Below are positions 39,951 to 51,138 of a DNA stretch of 64,000 nt, piece by piece. The translations under genes were made by a program, and so were the position numbers. Numbering within the stretch: the stretch's first letter is position 1; each line of letters opens with the position of its first letter. The notes below the pieces were generated by a model. It saw nothing but the letters and a program-made list of their open reading frames with translations, searched no databases and was not told the origin of the DNA. The stretch is taken from assembly GCA_964106645.2 (NCBI GenBank), contig OZ067038.1; one strand, given 5' to 3'. Source of the stretch: Podarcis pityusensis. Its lineage: Eukaryota.

Positions 39951-41874
39951 ACTGTTTCAAACCATAAATTGACTTGTGCAGCTTCCACACAACACCTGGC
40001 TCATTGCCCTCAAACCCTGGAGGAGGTAACATGTACATATCCTCCTTCAGATCCGAGTTCAAATAAGCCACATCCACATCAAAGTGGTGCACTTGGTGCC
40101 CTCTTTGAGCAGCTACTGCTAAAAACACGCACAGAGTCTCACTCCGGGAAGTAGGAGCATACACTTTGGTGTAATGCAGCCCCCTTCTCTGCGTGAACCC
40201 TCTGGCTACAAGCCTCGCCTTGTACTGAGGTTCTCCAGACGTTGTGGGCTTAATCCTGTAAACCCAACGACAGCTCACGGCCTGCTTGCCCTCTGGCAGC
40301 TTCGTGGTGGAGAACACACCTAAGGACCTCATTGAGTTCAACTCCTTTCCCATTGCCTCTTGCCATTTCCTGGCTTCCGCTTCAGGCAACTGTTGAACCT
40401 CCTCAAAACTCTCTGGTTCGCACTGCGCTAAACCAACCCACACGCTGGTGACCTCAAACCTCTCAGGTGGTACCCCCTTTGTAGTGCGTGTGGAACGTCT
40501 GAGCACTGTCTCAGGTGCTCCCTCTGACCCACTGGGGCCAGCAAGTGTGTCCTTGTTATCAGAAGACTCCCCCTCTGACTTACTGCGTCTTCTGGCCTTC
40601 TGCACTTGACTAACGGGAGACGAAGGCTCACTTTTGGGCTCTCTTTTAACAACCTGTGGAGATGCCCCTCCCTGTTCTTGACCCTGGTCAGAGACCTGGT
40701 CCTCATCAACAGGTTCAGCTTCTAACTCTCCCTCCTCAGCAGAATCAGACAGACACTCTGAGAGGACGGCAGGATTCGCATGGATCCTTGACCAACCACT
40801 CTGCTCACAGAACTCATCACTTCTGCTGACTAGAATCCTGGACTGATCGCCTTCTGGATAGGCAAACCTCCACCTTTTTGTCCCAGGCTCGTACCCACAA
40901 AAGATCATTTTCCGGGACCTTGGGTCACCTTTCTTGCGTTGAGCCTTTGGCACAAGCACCCAAGCTTCGCAACCAAACACACGGAAGAAATGCACCTTGG
41001 GCTTCTTCCGCTGCAGCAGAAAATAGGGTGTGTCTCCTACAACAGAGCTATAGGACCTGTTCAAAGTGAAGCTGGCAGCTTTCCAAGCTTCGGCCCAAAA
41101 GCTCTGAGGCAAACCAGCATCAAACAGTAGAGCGTCAGCTGCCTCAGCTAGCGTTCTGTTCCTGCGCTCCGCTACGCCATTCTCCTGAGAAGAAAAAGCA
41201 ACCGTCAACCTGTGACTTATCCCCTCCTGGCGGAAAAAACTCTGCAGAGCAGACCCGGTGAACTCTCCGCCTCGGTCGCTCTGAAAGCTCTGCACCTTGG
41301 TGGAAAACTGTAGTTCCACCGCCGCAACCCAGTCTTTGATCAGTTGCGCCGCCTCGCTTTTCTGTTTCAGCGAGAAGATCCAGCCGTTCCTCGAAAAATC
41401 ATCTGTCAGCGTGAGCACATACCTGGCTCCGCCCAGACTCGGCATGGGTCCACAAAGGTCTGTATGCACTAGCTCAAAAGGCCTTGTGGTTACCCTCTCC
41501 AATCTGGGATAACTGCACCTTTTTATCTTTGCTCTTTTGCATGCCCTACAATCCAAGAATTTATCACATGCTTTCATCTTGCAACCCTCAGTGCATTCTG
41601 GCAACTTCTGGATATATTTCCAACAGCTATGCGACATTCTCCTGTGCCACAAGCGAGCACGCGAATCATGTGTGGGAACGTTAGCACACCGCGCCTGTGC
41701 TGTCTCAGCGTCCCCCTTACCCTCCAGAGGTGTCTCCAGAACAAAGAGGTTGTTCTGACATGCAACATTGGCCAGTTGTTTCCCACCCCTGGAAATAGAA
41801 CAGACATCATTTTCAAAGCAAACCTTATAACCCTCCTTTACAAGAGCAGATACAGATAAAAGACAACACTTCAT
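39951..41874 (-). pseudogene. Copia pol, pre-integrase, integrase and RT N-terminal half
   Basis: HHCC (LWHRRMSH...CRAC), DDE (HTDLCGP, QSDRGGEF, NGVAERRNRT), GKGY-like CGYEPGTKRW, RT YKARLVARGFTQ, DVDVAYLN, LHKSIYGLKQ. Confidence 0.95.
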
Positions 41875-42516
41875 TCCTGGACAACGTAGACTTCCAGCTC
41901 TGCCTGTAAAAAAGAAACAAACACATTGCCAACAGTGGTAAATTGTCTCTGTGAGCCATCAGCAAGAGTGACTGTTTTCCCAGTTGAAACAGCCCTGCAG
42001 TTCCACATTTCGCCACTAGATGGCGATAGCATCAGGTGATGGCTGGCTCCTGAGTCGATGACCCAACGCAGCATGCTGCCCTCACTGGAGTTGTCCTTCA
42101 GCATTGCCATGGAGGCAGCTAGGTGATAAGAAGAACCATCCTTCTCACTTCCTCTGTCACGTCCTCCCTTCGCATTCCCACGCTGGCCTCCTCTCCTAGA
42201 CTGGCTGCCATGGAAACCTGGCTGGCTGCCACGAGGACTTGGCTGACTGCCATGGGAAGCGACCTTGGAGACATCCTGTCCGGCCTCTCTGGCTCTCCTC
42301 AGACAGGACCGACGCAGGTGGTCAACAGACCCGCAGACAAAACAACGATGAGTGGAAAAAGCCTGAACTGTGCCTTCTGGCTTGGCCCCCCCTCTGTTAC
42401 TGGCAGGGCACCCTGCACCAGCTCGGCCCTCTCTGAGACGGCGTTCCTCCTCATCACACAAACGCCCAGTCACATACTGCAGCGTAAAATCAGCTGGATT
42501 CATCGATTCCAAAATT
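41871..42516 (-). pseudogene. Copia gag C-terminus, zinc knuckle and aspartic protease (5'-truncated, frameshifted from pol)
   Basis: CFVCGSVDHLRRSC (CX2CX4HX4C) and WVIDSGASHHL; adding one base at about 41880 restores VYVVPGMKCCLLSVSAL. Confidence 0.92.
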
Positions 42517-42695
42517 AGCCTTTAATGAGAAGAAAAACATCATAAATCAGTCCCGGCATTCTTCTCGCCTCTCAGCCAAAAACGAAAGGAAACTCACACA
42601 CAAAGAAAGATTCCCATATGTGAACCAAACCACGCCTGAGAATGTGAGACGTCACACAGAACTGTTTAACCCTGTAAGTTCTGATTCTCCTCACA
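42517..42695 (-). repeat. Copia 5' LTR remnant (179 bp)
   Basis: Aligns to 38509-38699 with about 4 substitutions and 2 indels; fused directly to gag. Confidence 0.9.
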
Positions 42696-42971
42696 CAAAT
42701 TTCCCATAAACTTCTTTTCTTGTTAATTCTACTTCCTGGAGATGAGACTCCCTGGTTTTTGACATTTGTATGTGTGTGTTTCCCATTGACTAAAAGGGAC
42801 AGCTACTGGTGGGCTTTTGCAAAGCTGTGATAGAACAATATAAGCTTGAGTCCAGAGCAGCCAGCCATGCTCCCCTGTCTCTGGGTTGTAGCTTCTCTAG
42901 TCAGTCTTGGTTGTCCTCTCTTGTTCCCCACCAACCCCTGCTCCTATGACATTCTTCTTCTGTCATCTCAC

Positions 42972-42999
42972 TGTGTGCGTGTGCATGTGTGTGTGTGTG

Positions 43000-43037
<38 letters not shown>
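42972..43037. repeat. (TG)n(CG)n(CA)n alternating purine-pyrimidine tract
   Basis: 66 bp of uninterrupted alternation, seen directly. Confidence 0.95.
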
Positions 43038-43040
<3 letters not shown>

Positions 43041-43865
43041 CACCTTGGTAACCTGCCAATTTCCCTGTCTCTGTGCACTCCTCAGAGCTGGTGAGGGGGA
43101 AAGACAGGTTGCTTTGCATGAGCTGGTCCAGTGATTCCTTGTCTGGTACAGGTCTGCAGCTTGCATTTCTGCTTCTCATCCCAGATACTAGCTAGATTCT
43201 GACTTCTTGGTTTGCAGGGATTGGGGTCCTCATACCTAGCAATATAATGGAACCATTTTGTACAACCGCATCCAGCAACACACAATACCCCAAAAAACAT
43301 GTCTCACCTTCCTATTAGTTTGGTGGTATTTTTAAGGGAATTGCAGGCTGGGGGGTGTGTGGTTGAACCTAGCAGTGAGGTGGCACAGGGGGGCACTCCC
43401 AGCTTCCCAACACAGTGCGTTGCTGGCATTTACCAAGAGGAAGGGGGTAAGGTGCAGGGAGGTCTGTGTTTTGAAGAGCATAAGCAGTATCAGATTGGCT
43501 CCATGGCCGCATACTGTATCACACCAAGCTTCCTGTGCCTTGGCCCTCCCCTCTCCCTCTGAGTAAGCAGCAGTGTCCCACCGTGTTGGGAGAGCAACTG
43601 AGCTCCATCCACACTGCCTCACCGACAGCTAGTGGATGGATTAAACCTTACCCATTTTGACAATCAAAATCCTCCCATCACTTGCTGTTTTTCCACTCCC
43701 AGGAAATCTAAACAGTCACCCTCTTTCTTTTCATTCAAAAGTGGACAGGGTGGGAAGAATGGCCCATGATGAAATGGTTAAGTAACCCCCTTTTGCAGTG
43801 TCACCACTGCAATTGACTTCATTGCTCTTCCCTCTAGCCTGTGCCATGTGTAGTTTGAGCCATTG

Positions 43866-43918
43866 GATTATTAATCAAGACTGCTTCAAATTTGATTATT
43901 AATCAAGACTGCTTCAAA
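43866..43918. repeat. Local direct duplication of 25 bp (period 28)
   Basis: gattattaatcaagactgcttcaaa twice, separated by ttt. Confidence 0.92.
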
Positions 43919-44248
43919 ATGCTGCGCTAGAAGTTATAACGTCCCTCTCCTTCTTCCAACATTGGTCATTGTCTGTCATCAACTGCTTTACATTTCCAGA
44001 AAAAATACACCAGTATTTCTTCTAAATGTCAATTTCATCTGGATGCCTATCTGGACATTTCATGGCTTATATTGGTTTATATACTGGTATATACTCTTGT
44101 GAAACTGCAGGTTATCACAATAATCCTGCCAATGTTTTTATCTGTTTACAGTTTATCTGTAAACATTACATTTTTGTATATTGCTTTCCGCCCTCTTTCT
44201 TATACACAACTTTGTTCCCCCCCCGGACTTCCCCCCCTTTTAAATTAT

Positions 44249-44251
<3 letters not shown>

Positions 44252-44286
<35 letters not shown>
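44252..44286. repeat. (TA)n microsatellite
   Basis: Seen directly. Confidence 0.97.
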
Positions 44287-44289
<3 letters not shown>

Positions 44290-45459
44290 GTGATTAGGCC
44301 CAGTGCAGACTTCTGCTCTCCTCTCACTTCATGTACCCTTTGTTTTCAGCGTCAGTGTGGACATTTTGATACAGCGTGTAGGATGTCTGGCTGATGTATT
44401 TGGGCAAGATCCACAAACAGGAGTCAACATGGCTGCCCCACAAGCACTGCGTGTCTCTGCCTTATCGATGGGCTCAATATGCTCCCAACTCACCAGGGTC
44501 TCCAAGGAAGCAGCACAAAACAGTTTGTGGGACTGCACAAACACCCCACTTGTTAAATTTCCTCAGTCCTTCCCCTTTCCTGCTGGTCTTCAGAGCACTG
44601 AAATAGTAGGGGAGATGGTGGCTTAACAATCAGCCCCTCTCCCCATGGAGCTCTGGAAATTATAGCTCTGTGAAGGGAATAGGGGCTTTCCTAACAGCTA
44701 ACTACAGCTCCCAGGATGCTCTGGGGGCAGCCATGATTGTTTAAAGTGGGATGATACTGCTTTAAATGTGTACTGCAGATGGGGAGGGTCTTACTAGGCT
44801 GGCTTTGTCAGCTGTTGTAGAAAGAGCAGCACTATATGAAAAGACAGAAGTGGGTGACTGTATACTTGAGAGAAAGGATATATACGTTAAGATTGATGTG
44901 TTGATGCTTATTATATTCATCTTAATGTGAGATTATGGGTTTTTTTCTCCTTTATCTGTCTTTCACTTTTCTTTTATTCTTTCTTTCTCTGTTAAATATG
45001 TTATAAAATTAAAAATCATTTTCAAAAAATAATCATCAACCCAAACAAAAGACCTCTGAGCTGATGTTGGGAGGAAGGCCCACCGTCATTGCAGTTGATG
45101 CAATGCAATGCATTCCTTCCAAGGCAAACAGCAGCATCTGAAGAATGATTTTTCACCAGGATTGCAATTGTGGAGAAGCGGATTAAATGTTTGTTCCCCT
45201 TCCCACTTGATTTGCTCCCAGTGGCTGCTGTCTTCATTTTTTTAACAACACTGTGAACATTATATACAAATACATATTTAATGTCATGTCCAGCTTGGCT
45301 GTCAGTTTGTAGCAAAGGTCTATCTAATCAAACTACCCCATTCAATCCCTGCCCAGTCCAAAGCCATAATTGCTTTGAGAAATTGCTAAACGGAACTCAC
45401 TTGTGTGAAAATGCAAATTATGCAATGCATTTTTTAGCCTTCCAAAGTTGTAAACTGGA

Positions 45460-45605
45460 NNNNNNNNNNNNNNNNNNNNNNNNNNNNNNNNNNNNNNNNN
45501 NNNNNNNNNNNNNNNNNNNNNNNNNNNNNNNNNNNNNNNNNNNNNNNNNNNNNNNNNNNNNNNNNNNNNNNNNNNNNNNNNNNNNNNNNNNNNNNNNNNN
45601 NNNNN
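45460..45605. other. Assembly gap (146 N)
   Basis: Run of N. Confidence 1.
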
Positions 45606-46650
45606 CTATGCTTCAATCATACCCCTTCTTTATTTTTCAATAGCAGCAGTGCTTTATGACACAGTGATTCATGCCATCCTCACTACTGAGTTCAAGCTGC
45701 TTCACAGCAGTTTTCAGCAATGCAAAATGAAATATAAGTGGTAATTTCAGACAGTAGGGAATGGTTCATTCAGGATCTCGGGTAAGCAGGTGTGACCTAG
45801 GCAGGCCTACATGATAAACTAAACATTTTGTCTGGGAGTAGTCTTAAGTCTTTGCTCTAAATCTTCAGACAGTTTGTACCAAACAATTATATCCCAATTA
45901 AACACTGAAATGCATCTTTCTTACCAGCAAACCCTTACACAAACTCTTCCTGTACCCTATTAAGGTCTTTTCCTGGTGCCAGAGCAGCACTGCCAAAAGC
46001 TGCTTCTGCCTTGGCAAGGGGATGGGCGAGGTCTGGCTCCCAGCAGTAGAAGCTGAATCTGGGATCCCAGCATTCAGTTTTATATTCCGATGGTGCTGTG
46101 CAGAGGGGGCATAGAATTAGACTCCTACTTTCATAGACTTCAATGGAAAAAAGGCAGCTTAAATGTAAGGATGTCACTTTTAGTTATTCATGGCTCTCAT
46201 TGTACATTCTCAGCTGCCGTCACATCAGAGATGCTTTCCTCTAAAGAGATTTAGCCGCTTACATGCTTTGCTTTATATACAGACCTTGAGCATCATAATG
46301 CAATCTGATGGTGAATGTTACCAACTATTGTTATAATGATAGAAGTCACAAAGTTGTATATCCAAATTGCATATAATGCAGCACACTAATACAGTGGATA
46401 ATGCCTTGACCTAAGAAGCAATATGTGTTCACAGAGCCAGACTTTCATGCACACTTTTATTTCTATGATTCAGACTAGGGGTTGAAGAGCTATGTATCAC
46501 ATTGCAAAGTATGACAAGTCATCTGGTGGGAGTGTATAACTCCCATCTACAAGAACATAGGAAGCTGCCTTTTATTGAATCAGACCATTGATTCATCTAG
46601 CTCAGTATTGTCTACACTGACTGGCAGTGACTCTCCAGGCTTTGGAGACA

Positions 46651-47853
46651 AGTCTTATCAGTCGCTGACATATGAGCAGATTTTATTTTCTGCTATTCTG
46701 TTCTTCTGTTGGACCAGGGTTTACATCAGCATAATACTGAATGAATGAATTTATTAATACGGTCACAGACCAGCGTCAACACACACAATATCACAGATCA
46801 TTAAAAAAAAAAACAGAAATACAGAGGACAATATGAGTATAACAAGGATTTAAATATAAAAAATTAAAATTAATTATTAGCGTGCCCCCTGTAATTAACA
46901 TTTGGGGGTTTGGTCATTATGGGATACCACTTGCTTCCTGCGATTAATTGCAGACGCACAGAATTTGGCTACATTTAATGTAGTCTTGGGATTCTTGTCC
47001 TCTAGCAGTAGTTTTAAACTATGGTGTTCCGATTCTTTCCTGGACTTTTGCAAAACAGGTGTAATAAAAGTCAAACGTATATCCTCATAAAGATGACAAC
47101 GTAATAGTACATGTGAAGCAGTTTCAACTTCCAACGAGCCACAGGGGCAAACCCGTGCTGTGTATGGTTTACCCTCAAATCTGCCCTGAAGTAAGGCAGA
47201 AGGGAGAACGTTGAATCTGGCGAGGGTAAAAGACCGTCTGTATTTGGGTACCTGAAGATCTGACAGATAGTTAGCTGGAGAGAAACCTCTCCCATGGTCC
47301 CTTATTGCTGGATGTTTGATCATTTCACTCATGTGGCATTGTAATTCTACGTCCCAGATACGCTGGCGAATTGTAGTCCTAGCTTTCTCGAAGCCTGTCG
47401 CTATCAGGGTCTGCTGTGGGATCCCCAAGCCTTTAAGCTTTTCCAGCAGTGTAGCTTTCCAGCATAATAGAGTTGGCCAGGATGCCAGAAGGGATACAAT
47501 TTATGAGCTTTCTCCATTATCTGGCCTGCAGGGGGTGTTCAGTCAACAGTGCAAAGGCTGAGCTGAAGTATTCCCTGCTGGTTACCTGCTTTCAGCAATA
47601 GGAGTCGCTGTTTGGTAGTGCCCAATTGGTTAGCTGTCAGATTCTAGAGCTCCCTATTGGTAGCTCTTAGGTAATTCACAAAATACAGAGTCTATTCATA
47701 AAACACAGTATTCATTCATAAAGCAGTAACATAAATCTCCATTGCTACATATTGGGTGTATACATTATTTCAGTGGTTGAACGTACAAGCTTATGGCCAT
47801 GCTATAGTGTCGTGCTTATGAGACTGTGAATAAAAGGTGACTGGGCTCATTGT
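46651..47853 (+). mobile_element. Unclassified ~470-bp element, itself interrupted at 46737-47459
   Basis: Bounded by the 11-bp TSD CTTTGGAGACA; AATAAA near its right end. Confidence 0.55.
46737..47459 (-). mobile_element. RTE-X-like LINE 3' fragment
   Basis: ORF 46895-47428 with RRSFTLARFNVLPSALLQGRF...RVCPCG...ETASHVLLRC (C-terminal CCHC), AATAAA plus (ATTC)n tail, 10-bp TSD CAGCATAATA at 46727-46736 and 47460-47469; clade assignment from recall. Confidence 0.75.
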
Positions 47854-48368
47854 CTTTGGAGACAGAAGTATCTTCCAGACCTTCCTGGAGATATCTGCAG
47901 AGCTCTACTACTGAGCTAAGGCCCTTCCATATTGAAATGTGGATAGGATGGATAAGAATGAACATTGCTGCCTATGACTTGGGCCACTAATCATGCACAA
48001 CACCTTGTTTCGTGTAAGTACAGCTGGACTGGAGCCAGTAAATATATTCTAATATCACAGCACTTGAAGAAAGACATTTAAGACAACATAAAGAAAAGGG
48101 GAATATTGATATAAAAGATGTAGATTTCAGCATCTTACAAGTGTGTTGTGCTTTTATACTTCTTTATCATCTGCAGAATGATTGTTAACAAAGGCTTTCC
48201 CCAGTAGCTTGTAAGCAAAATGAAAGAGAAGATTTAATATGGATAATATGAAGCTCTTACCTATGTGCCAGAAAGCAGCTGATAAGGTTTTTCTTTGTGA
48301 AGTGCTGTTTATATTCACAGGTGAGAGAGTTCAGGCCATTTCCTCTGAGGACGGATTCATCTTTGTGG

Positions 48369-48685
48369 ATAGAATCACAGAATTGTACAGTTAAAAGGCA
48401 CCCCCAAGGGTCATCTAGTCCAACCTCCTGCAATGCAGGAATCTCAGCTAAACCATTCATGAAAGATAGCCATCCAACCTCTGCTTACAAACGTCCAAGG
48501 AAGGAGAGTCCACCACCTCCCAAGGGAGTCTGTTCCATTGTTGAACAGCTCCTACCTTCAGAAAGTTCTTTCTGATGGTTAATCAGAATCTCTTTTGCTG
48601 TCACTTGAATCCATTGCTTCAGGCCCTATCCTCCAGAGCAGGAGAAAACAAGCTTGCTCCATCTTACATGTGGCAGCCCTTTAGA
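48369..48685 (-). mobile_element. CR1 LINE 3' fragment
   Basis: Same family as 3876-4240; atagaatcacagaa tail. Confidence 0.85.
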
Positions 48686-49006
48686 AATGTGCTAATTTTT
48701 TATTTTACTTGGGATGCCAAACACTGACCAAGATCCAAAGGGGTCCCGTCCTCCCCAGAAGTTAGCTTCTACAGGTAAACTACTCCTGAAGCTTTAATTC
48801 TGAAGTGGCTTGCTGGACATCATGGGTGAAAAGGACTGCCTTGGAAAGAGAGTCTTCAAGAGCCCAACGTCCCCCATTCCCATTATGGTTAGGGAAATAC
48901 TTTTTCTATGAATCTTAGCATAATACAATTGCTAAATTTTAGTTGGACCCAGCATCCCAGAGCAGCAGCAGAATATAGGAGCAGCTCATCGTTGTTGCTG
49001 CTAGCC

Positions 49007-49134
49007 CAGGCATAGGCAAACTCAGCCCTTTTGGGACTACAACTCCCATCATCCCTAGCTAACAGGACCAGTGGTCAGGGATGATGGGGGTTTTAGTCCC
49101 AAAACTTCTGGAGGTCTGAGTTTGCCAATGCCTG
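49007..49134. mobile_element. Palindromic hAT MITE
   Basis: caggcataggcaaactc...gagtttgccaatgcctg; core related to 19985-20112; imperfect TSD (ctagcc). Confidence 0.8.
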
Positions 49135-49321
49135 TCTAGCCTGACACAGGATGGAGGAGAGTAGTCGTAGTCATCACTCGAACACTTCATGTCTCAATGA
49201 GCCATCAGAGAGCAGAATATTCACATAATTGGACATCACCTCAACAAACACAATGTTTTTCAACTGAGTTACATTTTCAGCTGTAAGTCATAAAATGATG
49301 ACAAATCCTGATGTAGTGATT

Positions 49322-49495
49322 GAAATCCCCACTCAGCTGTGAAATTTGCTGGGTGATTGGGCCAGTCATTGTCTGTCAACCTAACCTACCTCATAGGGTT
49401 GTTGTGGGGATAAACTAAAGGGTGGGAAAGCCATATATTATTATAAGCTGCCCTGAGTTTCTTTGAGGAAATGTGGGATAAAGATGTAATCTAAA
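49322..49495 (+). mobile_element. Squam3/MIR-like SINE fragment
   Basis: aaatccccactcagctgtgaa...ctaacctacctcatagggttgttgtggggataaa. Confidence 0.65.
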
Positions 49496-50738
49496 AATAA
49501 GGTGATGTACATGCAGTGTATTCCCCACCCCCCGGGCAGTATGCTGTGATATGGAGTACCAGCACCTTGTGGGTGGGGGTGGTATCTTTTAAGATATGAG
49601 TACTAACACCTCATTTTAAAAAGCACTTTGTACATGTATGTATAAAATAGCCTATCACCCTTTTGTATCTTTTAAGCACCTCTACATATCACAATTAATT
49701 ATCACACAAAAGAAAAGCAGGTGTAAATACATATATATTTTCCAAGCTCCAAAACCTGAGATAAAGCAACGGTCAAACAGTAGTCAAATAAAACCATTCA
49801 TGTGTAATGTATCTGCCAAGTGGTAGTTGTCAAAAACTCAAAAAGAGAAATTTGAACTGCCTTGTGGTAAGTTTTGTTTACCAAACACAGCCCCCAGCCC
49901 CATAGCCTCCAAAATAATATTATTCTTTTCTATAATTGTCATTTATTCTGTCTACTCTGATTGCAAAATCTTTTAAAGTATGTTAGTAAACTGAAACATT
50001 GAAAGCAGACACAAAATCTAATTATCCATTGTTTCAAAATACCATATGTTTCTTTTAACATCAAACAATGAAGTAGAACACATGCATATTTCAAAGAAGT
50101 CTTTGATAGTAATGGATAAGGAGAAAAGGCATTATCTTGGCCTATATACAGCACGTATGTTAAAATTTTTATTGAATGCTTTTATCTTGGCCAAATGTTT
50201 TACTTTTCCTCATACAAAAGGGTAAAAGAAAGCAGGCAACGTGGCTTGTCACTTCTATGGTAGACATACTTTTGGATCCAGTTATGGTCCTGTAGACTAT
50301 TTTTGGCATGTTGATCCTTCTTACAAAATGGCCAGATGTTCTTACCGACAGTATGAAGGAGCGGGGAGACGTTGAAATAAAACATATATCGATAGCATCA
50401 GGAATAACCCAATTCTTTCTGAGTTGCGTAATCATTCCAAAATGCAAATGAAAGCAATTGCTTTTAATGCTGGAAGAAAAACTTATCTGCTGGTTGTGTG
50501 TTTTTTTTAACCAGCTGGAAAAAGGAATAATTCCAATCACAGCATACAACCAAAGTATACCCTTTCTTCACATTCAAGTAAATGGATCTTGAATAAGAAT
50601 TTAAATGTCAGTAAGAGGGGTCTAAAGAATCCTTTGCCAAAATAAGCCAAAAGATTGCCCATGTGGCTCTGGGAAAACAATAATTGCACAGGAGAGAGGA
50701 GAGGTAATGTGTACACTCACTCCGCCCCTGCCTTTGTC

Positions 50739-51079
50739 AGCCATGTTCAAATATATAAAAGGATGTCACATAGAGGAGGGAGAAAGGTTGTTTTCTGCTG
50801 CTCCAGAGAAGCGGACACGGAGCAATGGATCCAAACTACAAGAAAGAAGATTCCACCTAAACATTAGGAAGAACTTCCTGACAGTAAGAGCTGTTCGACA
50901 GTGGAATTTGCTGCCAAGGAGTGTGGTGGAGTCTCCTTCTTTGGAGGTCTTTAAGCAGAGGCTTGACAACCATATGTCAGGAGTGCTCTGATGGTGTTTC
51001 CTGCTTGGCAGGGGGTTGGACTCGATGGCCCTTGTGGTCTCTTCCAACTCTATGATTCTATGATTCTATGATTCTATGA
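50739..51079 (+). mobile_element. Young CR1 LINE 3' fragment
   Basis: Uninterrupted ORF2 end (FKYIKGCHIEEGERLFS...FKQRLDNHMSGVL*), (ATTCTATG)n tail, possible TSD CCATGTT at 50741-50747 and 51081-51087. Confidence 0.93.
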
Positions 51080-51138
51080 ACCATGTTGTCCCTTCCCAAA
51101 GGCTGTTGAGAGGTTGAGAGCACATCTGCAGTAGAGAT

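Larger units (their letters stand above)
29073..41934 (+). repeat. Segmental duplication, copy 1 (visible shared part)
   Basis: Every ORF from 29932 to 41859 recurs with identical translation at +22,066; spot-checked nucleotides and microsatellite lengths are identical. Confidence 0.97.
38334..42695 (-). mobile_element. Ty1/Copia LTR retrotransposon, defective (copy 1)
   Basis: TG...CA termini; TSD CAAAT at 38329-38333 and 42696-42700; domain order gag-PR-IN-RT-RH is diagnostic of Copia; PPT GAGAGGGGG at 38700-38708 (minus strand). Confidence 0.96.
46553..47930 (-). mobile_element. tRNA-derived SINE split in two (46553-46650 and 47854-47930) by nested insertions
   Basis: The two halves join into the family seen at 26255; 11-bp duplication CTTTGGAGACA at 46640-46650 and 47854-47864. 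Confidence 0.7.

Noticed and set aside
41869-41885. Programmed frameshift between gag-PR and IN-RT
   Set aside because: Copia elements normally have one continuous ORF here, no slippery heptamer is visible, and adding one base restores the conserved VPG...LLSVS motif; simple mutation is more likely
38860-42518. Plus-strand and alternative-frame ORFs overlapping the Copia element
   Set aside because: Antisense or off-frame shadows of pol with no recognisable motifs
45281-45643. ORFs spanning the N run
   Set aside because: Artefacts of translating the assembly gap
46895-47428. 177-aa ORF as a host zinc-finger gene
   Set aside because: It lies within a TSD-bounded, 5'-truncated LINE fragment with a tail
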